Below are positions 10,821 through 20,354 of a stretch of DNA of 64,000 bases, in pieces. How positions within the stretch are numbered: the first letter of the stretch is position 1; each line of letters opens with the position of its first letter. Where the stretch lies: positions 96,001 through 160,000 of the forward strand of contig CAVXTM010000002.1 of NCBI GenBank assembly GCA_963764725.1, given 5' to 3'. This DNA is from an uncultured Gammaproteobacteria bacterium (GTDB lineage: Bacteria > Pseudomonadota > Gammaproteobacteria > JACCXJ01). The notes beneath the pieces are model-generated. The model searched no databases. It worked only from the letters and a program-made list of their open reading frames with translations, and had not been told where the DNA came from. The translations under genes were made by a program, and so were the position numbers.

Positions 10821-12599
10821 TCAGTGACGAGACGGCTCATGGGCAGCGGTTTGCAACTTTACAACTTTCTCTTCGGGTGGAGCACGCCGCTCTTCCGGCA
10901 AGCTAGCCACAGCTATGGGTTGGCGCAGCTTCCGCAGCACCGTGCCGCCACCCCCGACCACTGACTCTTGGAACTCATCGGGATCGCCACCCCAGTCTAT
11001 TTGCAGAAAGCTCGGACGCGCTGGTTGTGCATCACTCGACGACGGGCGGGCTGCGCGCCGCGCGGCCCTACGCCAACGGACTTCGCCGAACAGGAGTCCT
11101 AGCATGCCCACGCCAACAAGCTCCCAGCCCCAGGACACTCCCGCCGCAGCAATGGGGTTAAGCCCGCGAATAATAACGTGCACGGGAACCGAGTCGCCCG
11201 CGGCGAGCTCGCGAAGGGCACGACCGGGAGGATCGCAGGCGATCAACAACTCGGCGCTCCCGTTGCCAAGCAGCGTCTTTTGCGCCAAGCGGCCCGTGAA
11301 CGTCGAACTCGAGGTCTCCTCAATGAGTGCCTGCATTTCAATCTCGATGCGATCCCCCGGTTCTAACGCGGCCTGATCAGCGGGTACACCGATCTTTACC
11401 GAAACCTTGCCTGGCTCATATAGAACAAGAAGGGGACGCGACCCTAAGCGTACCGCCTCAGGGGATGATTCGCGGAAACCGACGATACCTGTCCAGGGTG
11501 CTCGCACATCCAGCCTGCCCTCACGTGCCGTGAGGAGTACGTCGAGCTCGTCGATCTGCAGTTGAATCTGCCGAATTCGATTCTTCCTCTGAAGTTCGGC
11601 GCGCTGTTTGTCTTGCTCTATCCGGCGCTCGGCACTCGCAACGCGTTCGCTCGCGTCGGAGATCTCACGGTCTATATCAGCCAGCTCGCCAGCCCGCAAC
11701 TCTAGTTGCGCGTCGTTAGTCTCATGAACCTTGGACGTAAGTACCTGCAACCGCTCCTGTTCGCGATCGAGCAACTCGATGCGTTGCTGTAACGCGGTCT
11801 GGCGACTACGGAGTAACTCGACGCGTTTGCGGCGATCCTTAACTGCGTCGCCAGCCAATAAGTCCTGCCCTTCGGGGCCGTACTCCCTAGTCATTTCCTG
11901 AAGCTCCTGTGTCGCAGCGGCGATGTCAGCTTCGGTTTGTCCCAGCTCATGCCTGGCGGACTGCAAGTCCCTACTGATCTCGTGGAGTTGGTTTTGGTCC
12001 TGCATTTGCTGACGCGGCGAACTGCGAAGGAACGTTTCCCGCGAGTCGATCAGCCTCTGCTTGCGGTTCTCAAGCTCACGCAGGTGATCCGTTGCGGCCG
12101 CCTGCTCGCCCACAAGCAAGGGGTCGACCCGAAGTATCTCGAGTCGGGCGAACTCGAGGTCCTGGCGGAGGAGAGCACGACGATTTGTGGCTGCGGCGAT
12201 CTCATCCGGTCCCGCGTCTCGGAGTAGCTGAAGGATGACGTCGCCCTGCTTGACGGTCTGGCTCGTATTAGGATAGTTGGCACGGAACCCGGGCCGGTTG
12301 TTGACGGTAAACAGACCGTCACCGGAAAGCCAGCCCTTACCATCAACGAGCTTAGGGCCAGACACGGAATGCACCAACAGGAGAACAAGCATGATCGGTC
12401 CGCTCACACCGACCGCTTGGCGCAATCGGAAGGCGATAGGGTGGGGCGGTCGGACGTCTACCCGGCGGTGACGCCCGACAAGGACGTACAATGCATTACT
12501 AACGGCAAAGACTAGCAGCCCCGAGATGCCGCCAAGAAGCACAACGAGCCACGGATTGAGCGCCGGCTGTATCTTCCAGAATGTGGCAAGGTCATCCAT
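10821..12599 (-). CDS. Membrane-anchored coiled-coil protein, HlyD/membrane-fusion-like
   Basis: N-terminal TMs, long coiled coil, VRAPWTGIVG barrel-sandwich-like motif, C-terminal TM. Confidence 0.6.
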   Translation of the reverse strand: MDDLATFWKIQPALNPWLVVLLGGISGLLVFAVSNALYVLVGRHRRVDVRPPHPIAFRLRQAVGVSGPIMLVLLLVHSVSGPKLVDGKGWLSGDGLFTVNNRPGFRANYPNTSQTVKQGDVILQLLRDAGPDEIAAATNRRALLRQDLEFARLEILRVDPLLVGEQAAATDHLRELENRKQRLIDSRETFLRSSPRQQMQDQNQLHEISRDLQSARHELGQTEADIAAATQELQEMTREYGPEGQDLLAGDAVKDRRKRVELLRSRQTALQQRIELLDREQERLQVLTSKVHETNDAQLELRAGELADIDREISDASERVASAERRIEQDKQRAELQRKNRIRQIQLQIDELDVLLTAREGRLDVRAPWTGIVGFRESSPEAVRLGSRPLLVLYEPGKVSVKIGVPADQAALEPGDRIEIEMQALIEETSSSTFTGRLAQKTLLGNGSAELLIACDPPGRALRELAAGDSVPVHVIIRGLNPIAAAGVSWGWELVGVGMLGLLFGEVRWRRAARRAARPSSSDAQPARPSFLQIDWGGDPDEFQESVVGGGGTVLRKLRQPIAVASLPEERRAPPEEKVVKLQTAAHEPSRH

Positions 12600-12716
12600 G
12601 GAGAGGCAGGATTGATGACTATAAAATTCATACTATCACGACGTTATAGGTGACACCAGCCACGTCATTTCTTGCATGGCATCCTACGCTGGATTCTGAA
12701 ACCTATTGCCCGTAGG

Positions 12717-12745
12717 TTGACAGCTACTCACTCGCCCCGTACCTT
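12717..12745 (+). promoter_or_regulatory. sigma70-like promoter for the chitinase gene
   Basis: TTGACA-17 bp-TACCTT. Confidence 0.55.
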
Positions 12746-12846
12746 TCCCCGGGGCTTTCCCCGTCGAGGGTATGCACAAACGTAGCTGTGCAGGGGACAA
12801 CCGCAGGATGGGCACGAATTAACGGATCGGTTGAGGTTTCGTTGCT

Positions 12847-13959
12847 ATGGCTGGTTGCAAGACTCATTGTGTCACGTGGCTCTGTTTTGTCTGCTGTTGG
12901 ACCTTGCTTACCGATCGGGCCCTAGGCCAAGAAGCCGCGACGGTGAGCAGGGTTCCCGCGCCTGGTCCGAGGCCTTCGCTAGCGCCGATCACCGCGCCGC
13001 CGTGGCCGCAACACGCGTTAGCGCCCTACATCGACGCAACCAGTTGGCCGCTGTTCGACTTCGTCTCAGCGGCAAAGAACCAAGGCGTGCGCAATTTTCG
13101 TCTTGGATTTGTGGTCGCAAGCTCGCCGACGCAAGCGACCCCGAGTTGGGGCGGTTACTATGACGTGGCTTCGGGTTATCGGCTGCAAGAGATCAACGCC
13201 TTGCGGAGACTCGGCGGCGACGTTGCGGTTTCTTTTGGGGGGAGCAACGGCACTGAGCTGGCTGGTGCTGCCACGTCGGTCAAACAGCTACAGGCGGTCT
13301 ATCAATCTGTCATCGATGCCTATGGTGCGCGTGTTTGCGACTTTGATATCGAAGGGGTGTGGATCGGCGATCCTGCCTCGATCGCGAGACGCTCACAGGC
13401 CATCGCCGCTATGCAAGCGGCGATGGCTACAAAGGGACGCCCCCTGGAGGTCTGGTACACCCTGCCGACCACGCCGAGTGGTCTGACCCCGGACGGCATC
13501 AACGTCGTGCAATCGGCGATCTCCTACGGCGTGTCCTTACGCGGTGTCAACATTATGGCGATGGACTACGGTGATGCGGTAGCCCCCGCTCCGCAGGGCC
13601 GGATGGGCACCTACGCGGTCGATGCGGCAAACGGTCTGTTCCGTCAGTTGCAATCACTGTACTCCCGGAACGGCAAGCCGAAACTCCCGAACGAGATCTG
13701 GCGGATGATCGGCGTCACTCCGATGATCGGCATAAATGATGTCCCGACAGAAATATTCCGGCAGAGCGACGCGCAGAAGCTCCTAGCATTTGCTAAGAAA
13801 AAGAAGTTGGGCCTGCTCTCCTTTTGGTCGCTTAACCGCGACCACGCGTGTGAGGTAAACCGGTCGTCGGCGAACCCGACATGCAGCGGCATTCCCCAGA
13901 CTCCGCATGAGTTCACCCAGATCCTTCGACCGTTTGTTAGAGATGGAAGTGTTCGATGA
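12847..13959 (+). CDS. Secreted GH18 chitinase
   Basis: Signal-like N-terminus, APYID, SFGG, CDFDIEG (DxDxE-type catalytic motif), NIMAMDY, MIGVTPMIGIND, FWSLNRD. Confidence 0.9.
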   Translation: MAGCKTHCVTWLCFVCCWTLLTDRALGQEAATVSRVPAPGPRPSLAPITAPPWPQHALAPYIDATSWPLFDFVSAAKNQGVRNFRLGFVVASSPTQATPSWGGYYDVASGYRLQEINALRRLGGDVAVSFGGSNGTELAGAATSVKQLQAVYQSVIDAYGARVCDFDIEGVWIGDPASIARRSQAIAAMQAAMATKGRPLEVWYTLPTTPSGLTPDGINVVQSAISYGVSLRGVNIMAMDYGDAVAPAPQGRMGTYAVDAANGLFRQLQSLYSRNGKPKLPNEIWRMIGVTPMIGINDVPTEIFRQSDAQKLLAFAKKKKLGLLSFWSLNRDHACEVNRSSANPTCSGIPQTPHEFTQILRPFVRDGSVR

Positions 13960-14118
13960 ATAAGTTAACACGAAAGCGTTTTGTGACAACGCGGTGAAGC
14001 TGGCTGTGGAGGATAGGTTAAAAGTACCGGAGGCGGCCCGACGGGTATCGATGTCATAGGACGCTGGCGAACTGGGTGCATCGGGTTCGGAGCGGGAAGT
14101 GTCGCTTCCGGTATGCGG

Positions 14119-15474
14119 TCATCGTCGCGCGCGTGACTGCGGGCTGGGTCCTAACCAGGCGCTGATCTTGGCGAAATCGACTGCCGCTAAGGTGCTGGAG
14201 GCGCGTTTGAGGCGCAAGGTATTTAATAGATAATCATAGCGCGCGCGGGAATAGTCCCGGCGCGCCCGAAACAATTCGCGTTGTGCAGCAACGACATCCA
14301 CCGTGGTCCGGGTGCCGACCTCGAAGCCCACTTGGGTCGCCTCCACGTTGGTTTCATTGGAAACCACCGCTTGTTTAAGCGCATTGACGCGGCTGATTCC
14401 GGCCACGACCCCCAGGTAGGCGTCACGGGCCTGCCGTTGTACGGCGCGTTTTTGCCGCTCGATTTCTTCCAGCGCCTGCGTATAGCGGTGTTCGGCTTCG
14501 TGCGTGCGCGAGACGACGGCTCCCCCTTCGAAGATCGGTACATTTAGCTCGACCCCGATCGCGCTCGACTCGGTATCGACATCCCCGAAGCGGCCGCCGC
14601 TCACCACGGTTCCATGATGTCCCACGATGTCTAGGGTCGGCAAATGTCCAGCCTGTTGGCGCCGGATCTCCTCATGCGCGGTCTGAGAGGCGAATTTCGC
14701 TGCGCTGATGCGCAGGTTTTGCGACAGCGACTTCGAGGTCCATTGCTCGATGTCGGCGGGATCGGGAAGGATCAGCGGGATCTCCTTGGTTAAGACATCG
14801 AGTTTCTGGTGGTAGGCGCCGGTAATTTCCCGCAAGGCGTCGCGGGCGTTGTCGAGCTGATTTCGTGCCAGTATTTCCTGCGCCACGGCCAGATCGTATC
14901 CGGCTTGGGCTTCCCGGACGTCGGTGATCGCGATTATCCCGACCTCGAAACGGAGGTTTGTCTGGTCCAATTGCCGTCGGAGGGCATTCTTTGCCGCACG
15001 GCTGAATACGATCTCGTCTTGGGCGGCAAGCACATCAAAATAGCGCTCGCTCACCCGAACCCCAAGATCCTGGCGGGCTGCATCGACCTCGGCCGCGGCT
15101 TGCTGAATGCGGGTATCGGCCTGACGCAATTGCACCCAGCGATCATACCGAAACACGGGTTGGGTGAGCCTGAGTTCGTACAGCTCGCCCGTGAACTGGA
15201 ATTTCCCGGTGGCAAAATCCTCCGAGCCCGACTCGGGCGTGACATCTTGGAAGTTCCGTCCGACCTCGCCCCTGAAGCGGAGCGAGGGCAGCAACCGGGC
15301 GCGCGCTTGCGGGTATTGCTCCAGCGTGGCTTGGTAGGAGGCTATAATTCCCAGCAATTCGGGATCTTTGGTTTCGGCGAGCTGGTACAGATCGACGAGA
15401 TTATCGGCGGGCGCCAGCGGGCTTATGATGAGAGAAAAACCAGCCAGCACGAACGTAAGCCATCTACTACTCAC
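14119..15474 (-). CDS. tolC: TolC-family outer membrane channel
   Basis: Signal peptide, ARARLLPSL, RFEVG repeats, GHLPTLD, ARYDYLLN. Confidence 0.92.
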   Translation of the reverse strand: MSSRWLTFVLAGFSLIISPLAPADNLVDLYQLAETKDPELLGIIASYQATLEQYPQARARLLPSLRFRGEVGRNFQDVTPESGSEDFATGKFQFTGELYELRLTQPVFRYDRWVQLRQADTRIQQAAAEVDAARQDLGVRVSERYFDVLAAQDEIVFSRAAKNALRRQLDQTNLRFEVGIIAITDVREAQAGYDLAVAQEILARNQLDNARDALREITGAYHQKLDVLTKEIPLILPDPADIEQWTSKSLSQNLRISAAKFASQTAHEEIRRQQAGHLPTLDIVGHHGTVVSGGRFGDVDTESSAIGVELNVPIFEGGAVVSRTHEAEHRYTQALEEIERQKRAVQRQARDAYLGVVAGISRVNALKQAVVSNETNVEATQVGFEVGTRTTVDVVAAQRELFRARRDYSRARYDYLLNTLRLKRASSTLAAVDFAKISAWLGPSPQSRARR

Positions 15475-15563
15475 GGCCTTATTATTTCTTTCTAATGCAA
15501 TTTGTCAATGTCGTGGGCCGGCGATGCTTGCTTGCGCTGTGCATGTCAGTCTCGTAGTTTCCT

Positions 15564-15911
15564 GAGCGTGAGGCCTATGAGCTTGCCGGGCGCATCGCGC
15601 TCACTTTCGAGAGGTGTTCGTGGAACCGCGCCCGGCGACGACCCTGGGCCGGATCCAGGCGGATCTCCTCGATCTCATCGACCGCGGTGCGCCGGGCGCG
15701 GCCGAGGCCGTCCCGCTCCCCGATCTCGAGTCGCTCCAGATCCATGCTTGTCCCGGACCGCAGCGCGAGGTCGAGGTGCTGCACGATCAGTTACTCTATC
15801 TATTTACAGCCTTGCCGGACCTGCGGCCCTCCGAGGTGCGCATCATGACTCCCGACATCGAGCGCTATGCGCCCCATATCGAGGCGATTTTCGATAACAC
15901 TTGGAAGGCGG
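15564..15911 (+). pseudogene. Patchwork recC remnant made of three joined segments
   Basis: 15564-15611 matches 27009-27056; 15611-15894 matches 27471-27754; 15892-15911 matches 28028-28047. Confidence 0.9.
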
Positions 15912-16084
15912 CAGGATGGCCGAAATGCATCACGAGCATAGCGACACACTTGCAGATGAGATTCCGCAACATCGTCGCATCGGCGTCGCCATGGTGTTCG
16001 GCGCTGCGGGTATTGTCGACGCGATGAACGCTGGCGCAAGTATTACCTGCACCACCTCCTAATTATTTAGGACTCGCCAACGAG

Positions 16085-16117
16085 AGGCCTGCCAGGAAAC
16101 CGGCAGGCCTTTTTTCT
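16085..16117 (+). terminator. Rho-independent terminator
   Basis: AGGCCTGCC-loop-GGCAGGCCT followed by a T run. Confidence 0.7.
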
Positions 16118-16128
16118 TTCAAAAAAAA

Positions 16129-16836
16129 CTAAAAATTGGCGCCTAATTCCAGCCCGCCATAAGGCGAGGCGTCAACGCCCCGCGTTTTGCTCATGCCGAC
16201 GTTAAACCCTAGGCTGATCTGCTTGCCAATTTGAATGCCGACTAACGCGATACCCGCTGCATAGCCTTCGTAACTATCGTCGCCCTGCAACACGCCTTCC
16301 GGCCCGATATACATATCGCCGCTGATGCGGTACAGCGCGCGCAGGCGCGTCCAGTAAGCGTTAGTGCTGAATGCCTCGTAACTGACGATGGCGTTCGCCT
16401 TGACGTCTTGCAACAGATGGTGCTCCCCCTGTAACTGCAGCCGGGCGCTGACAACTCCGCCTTCCGCAGCGTTACTGGGATCATTGGGTGAAAGATCGGT
16501 ATGACGGTAAGACGGGCCGACATACGCTCCCCACCAGCCATCAGCATCACCCTTCTGGTAGCCGACGGAAAGACTGGTGCCCCCCGCCAGGGCATCAATG
16601 GTAGCGGTCCCTGACTTGTAGCGGTAGGTAAGCACCTCTGCGAATACCCGGCCGACCCAGCCGTTGTCGAGACTGTTGCCGGGCAAAGGCGTAATAACCC
16701 CCGCCAGGCCATAGCTGCTGTTCTGGCCGCCGACCTGCCCGCCGGCGATGAACAGGTTATCCCCGGCGAAAGCCGTCGGGGTCAGACTTGAAACAAGCGC
16801 CGCGCATAAGCCCGCTGCCTGAATCCTGGCCATCAT
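16129..16836 (-). CDS. BcsS-like outer-membrane beta-barrel protein
   Basis: Likely start ATGATG overlapping the bcsA stop; signal peptide, amphipathic strands, terminal Phe (GANF). Confidence 0.7.
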   Translation of the reverse strand: MMARIQAAGLCAALVSSLTPTAFAGDNLFIAGGQVGGQNSSYGLAGVITPLPGNSLDNGWVGRVFAEVLTYRYKSGTATIDALAGGTSLSVGYQKGDADGWWGAYVGPSYRHTDLSPNDPSNAAEGGVVSARLQLQGEHHLLQDVKANAIVSYEAFSTNAYWTRLRALYRISGDMYIGPEGVLQGDDSYEGYAAGIALVGIQIGKQISLGFNVGMSKTRGVDASPYGGLELGANF

Positions 16837-19800
16837 GCAGGAATGCTTTCTAGCTGATAAAGATAAACATTGGCCGTGGTTCTGGCCACCTGCTGGTTCT
16901 GGTTGGCAACTCTGGCAATCATTGTCTTCCAGCCGTCGGGCGTCAGCACTGAAGTTTCGAGCGCATGGTTTTCCGGCAGGGGAGCGAAGACCATCACGGC
17001 ACCGCGCTTGGTGCGGAAATCCACCGAAATGATGCCGGCGCTGGGCACGCTGGCCCCTGGATTGAGCACTATCGAGGACAGCTGGCCCGACGTGCCGCAT
17101 TGCCATGACGGGAAAGGCATGGGCTGAGCGTGGCGTATTCCAAGCAACCGTTCGAGCGGAGTTTTGCTTTTCTCCGTCAAATTATGCACCTGCCATTCAA
17201 AGTCCGAACCGTAGAGGAATTGTTCCATGCGCCGGCGGGCCGCCGTGTCGCTCCACAAGAATTCGCAGCCCAGAGCGCATGCCGACAGCGAGTCGCGGCC
17301 GTCATGCGGTGAGCGGATGATAGCATGAAAGGGCAGCGGGCCATCCGGCAGATAGAGTACGCCGGAAAGCATTGAACCTACTTTGACCTGCCATTCGCGC
17401 GGGGCCAATATCAAAGCGCCGGTGGAGGAAACGTCGTTCACCGCGGCGAAGCTGTCTTTCCCGAGCGGGTTACGCAGCCTTGCCACCAGCGGAATACTGA
17501 AGCGGTAATGATGGCGAGAGTAGAGGCCGCGGCGCAGTGAAAATGCCAGTACCATCGCCGCCAGTGTCAGATTGATCAGCGCCCAGGTCAGGTTGGCCGA
17601 CAGTGAAAAAAGCGTCAGCTGCCCGGCATTGAGATGGAAGTTCACGCCCAGCGGCATAGCCACGGCGTTGAGGATGAAGACACCGTATTGCGGCAGCAAA
17701 TACCAGCGGTGATTGCGGGTGGCTGCCATTTTCTTGTTGGTGACGCGGAAGCGAAGATTGCCTTTGAACAACCCCAGCGTGGCGAAACAGAAGGCGGCGA
17801 AGCGCGCCATGTTGTACTGCTCGACAAAGAGCGGCTCGCTGTAACCGCGCCCCGATTCTTCCAAGCACCACATCGTCATCACGAAATAAGGGACGAAATG
17901 GACGAGGAACTCGCCAGCGCTACTGATGACCATCGGCATCACGCCGGTGAGCAACACGATGCCGGGCGTCAGGTAGTAAATGCATTTCTGCCAGCCGTCG
18001 AAATAAGTGATCATCGAGGCGAGGTAGTTGAGCTTCTGGGCAGTCGTCAGATCACGGTTTAAGAGTATGCCTTCCTGCCGCCAGACCTGCATGGCGCCCT
18101 GGCCCCAGCGGATGCGCTGGCGCAGGAACGGCTCGATTTGCGCGGCGGCGATGCCGAAGGCCAGCGATTCGGCGTGGTAGACCGAGCCGAAGCCCTTCTT
18201 GTGCAGGCGGATGGAGGTGTGGATATCTTCGGTTATCGTGCCGGTGGCGAAGCCGCCGATAGCTTCCAGCGCAGATCTACGGATGACAGCACAGCTGCCG
18301 CAGAAAAAAGCGGCGTTCCAGTAATCCTTGCCGCGCTGAATAATGCGGAAGAATAGCGACTGCTCCGACCATACGCGCCCTTTGGCGCGGGCGACGCGGT
18401 GCTGATAAGAATCGAGGTTGTAAAAATCCTGTGGCGTCTGCACGAAGGCGACATCCTTGTCCTCGAAATAACCGAGCGTGTGGGTAAGAAACGTGTTCTT
18501 CGGCGCGTGGTCGGCATCGAAGAGGGCGATGAACTCGCCGTTGGAATGCGCAAGGGCTTGGTTGAGGTTACCTGCTTTGGAGTGCTCGTTGGTGCGGCGC
18601 GCCAGGTAGCGGCAGCCGAGCTCTGCCGCCAGTTGTAAGATTTCCGGCCGGTTGCCGTCATCGAGGATGTAGGTTTCGTGTGGATACTCCATGTCGATGG
18701 CTTTGATGGCCGTGCGGCGCACGATATCCACCGGCTCGTTGATGGTAGGAATGAACACGTCCACCGTATGCCCGGGTTTGGGCAGCGGCGCTTGGCGGAC
18801 AGTCAGCCGCGACACCATGAAAAGATGCAGCAGCAGGGTGAAGACGCTAAAGCCTTCGGCCGCATAGAGCAGCCACGAAAACACCGGCGCCTGCGGATTA
18901 AAGGTAGTCAGCCGCCAGACCATGTACCAGCCTACGGCGGCAAGCGTTACCGCCACGACGATAGTGCGCGGCCAGCCGAGCGGCTCGTAGGCTTGTTGTT
19001 TCTTCTGCATGGAGGTTTCGGCTTCCGCAACGTCGCGATGGTTCTCGCGCGCGGCGTCCACCTCGATGCGCCAATTGTCTAAGTCGCGACGAAGGTGCTG
19101 CACCTCTTTCTCTAACTTCGTCAGTTCCGCGACGGCGCGGTCGCAGTCGTCAAGCGCCGCGACCTGCGCCGCGGCTTCGCGTTGTCCACCCGTGGCGGCT
19201 TCGATTGCCAACCGCCGCCGCTCGGCAGTCTCGGCAAGGCGCGCCAGCGCCGCTTGACACTTGACGTGGACCGTTTCGAATCGCACCTCCGCGTCAATGA
19301 GGCTTTCTCTGAGCGTTGCGATGCGGACATTCGAATTCAATGATGCCGCGTTGCCTTCCGCGGTTCTGTTGCAGGCATTCGCTAACGGGTTGCGCGCCGC
19401 CGTCATCCACTCGCCCGCCGCTGGCGCGAGCTTTTGGCTGCGCTCCTGCTTGTCATTCAACGCTTGGCCGATCGCCGCGCGCCATCGTTCGGCTGTCTGC
19501 CGAGGCCCCATCTCGTCTGTCGTCTGTTTGATCAGCAGCCGCAGCGCGGGGGGCTTCAGGCTCAGCGAGCCGGGGCGATCGCCACGCCGCGGCAGCACCC
19601 CGCTGCCAGCGTCGTGAACGCGGAATTCGGCGCCTGCCACCGGGATGTCGAATGAGATTTCCGCGAGCGCCTCGCTCACGTTGCGCACGCGGACCGTGCG
19701 TCCCGCGCTCGCGAGCTTTTGGCCCAGCATCTCCCAGTGCTCCTGCGTCCAACTCTTCGTCATCGACGAGAGGTGCCGCCGCTCTCCGTCAATCGTGTCA

Positions 19801-19922
19801 CGCAGAAACTGGCTCAGCGAGTCCGGGACGTAGATCGGGAATACTGCGGCAAGAGCGCGAGCCACCAGCGGACGAAGAGGCGCAGGGATCTGCTCGAGCG
19901 CGCTCATGTCACTCGCCTGCAA
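16833..19922 (-). CDS. bcsA: Cellulose synthase catalytic subunit with PilZ domain and an in-frame N-terminal coiled-coil extension
   Basis: LDDG, HSKAGN, FDADH, QTPQ, FFCGS, TED, QRIRW; PilZ RHHYR and DVSSTG; core probably starts at Met 19010. Confidence 0.88.
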   Translation of the reverse strand: MQASDMSALEQIPAPLRPLVARALAAVFPIYVPDSLSQFLRDTIDGERRHLSSMTKSWTQEHWEMLGQKLASAGRTVRVRNVSEALAEISFDIPVAGAEFRVHDAGSGVLPRRGDRPGSLSLKPPALRLLIKQTTDEMGPRQTAERWRAAIGQALNDKQERSQKLAPAAGEWMTAARNPLANACNRTAEGNAASLNSNVRIATLRESLIDAEVRFETVHVKCQAALARLAETAERRRLAIEAATGGQREAAAQVAALDDCDRAVAELTKLEKEVQHLRRDLDNWRIEVDAARENHRDVAEAETSMQKKQQAYEPLGWPRTIVVAVTLAAVGWYMVWRLTTFNPQAPVFSWLLYAAEGFSVFTLLLHLFMVSRLTVRQAPLPKPGHTVDVFIPTINEPVDIVRRTAIKAIDMEYPHETYILDDGNRPEILQLAAELGCRYLARRTNEHSKAGNLNQALAHSNGEFIALFDADHAPKNTFLTHTLGYFEDKDVAFVQTPQDFYNLDSYQHRVARAKGRVWSEQSLFFRIIQRGKDYWNAAFFCGSCAVIRRSALEAIGGFATGTITEDIHTSIRLHKKGFGSVYHAESLAFGIAAAQIEPFLRQRIRWGQGAMQVWRQEGILLNRDLTTAQKLNYLASMITYFDGWQKCIYYLTPGIVLLTGVMPMVISSAGEFLVHFVPYFVMTMWCLEESGRGYSEPLFVEQYNMARFAAFCFATLGLFKGNLRFRVTNKKMAATRNHRWYLLPQYGVFILNAVAMPLGVNFHLNAGQLTLFSLSANLTWALINLTLAAMVLAFSLRRGLYSRHHYRFSIPLVARLRNPLGKDSFAAVNDVSSTGALILAPREWQVKVGSMLSGVLYLPDGPLPFHAIIRSPHDGRDSLSACALGCEFLWSDTAARRRMEQFLYGSDFEWQVHNLTEKSKTPLERLLGIRHAQPMPFPSWQCGTSGQLSSIVLNPGASVPSAGIISVDFRTKRGAVMVFAPLPENHALETSVLTPDGWKTMIARVANQNQQVARTTANVYLYQLESIPA

Positions 19923-20044
19923 AGGGAATAGTCAATTCAGGGAGCCGAGAGGCTTCCCCATCATGGGGCTGCATTCGGCACATCGTGTGGCGAGAATAGA
20001 GAATAAGAATTAGAAGGCCTTTTTTATCTTTTTTATCAAGAGGG

Positions 20045-20104
20045 AAGATACGACTGAGCCTGTCAGGTGTCAAACACGCGCAATCTCGGTCTGGAATCGG
20101 GGAA
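20045..20104 (-). promoter_or_regulatory. Repeated promoter module, copy 1
   Basis: TTGACA-17-TATCTT on the minus strand; similar to 24994-25053. Confidence 0.6.
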
Positions 20105-20354
20105 TTATCGGGCTATTCGGCGGGCTCGAAACGCCAGGTTTCGGAGCGGTTTGGCGTCTTGGGTGCCCTAGAGCCAAGAGAAGAGCTGTCGGCTCAGAGA
20201 GCTGGACCGGGTGAGGTCTTCGTTTAGGAGCAGGCCGTACGGAAGAGAGCGAAAGCCAGGGCCAGGAATTGGTCCTGCTGGGCGCCCTGAGGATGGCACA
20301 GGTGCTCGGGGCGGTGCCCGAGCGGACAAGCCGAATCGATATCCAACACCCGCA

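Noticed and set aside
12746-12846. Riboswitch in the chitinase leader
   Set aside because: A hairpin (TGCACA...TGTGCA) is present but I could not match a known aptamer consensus
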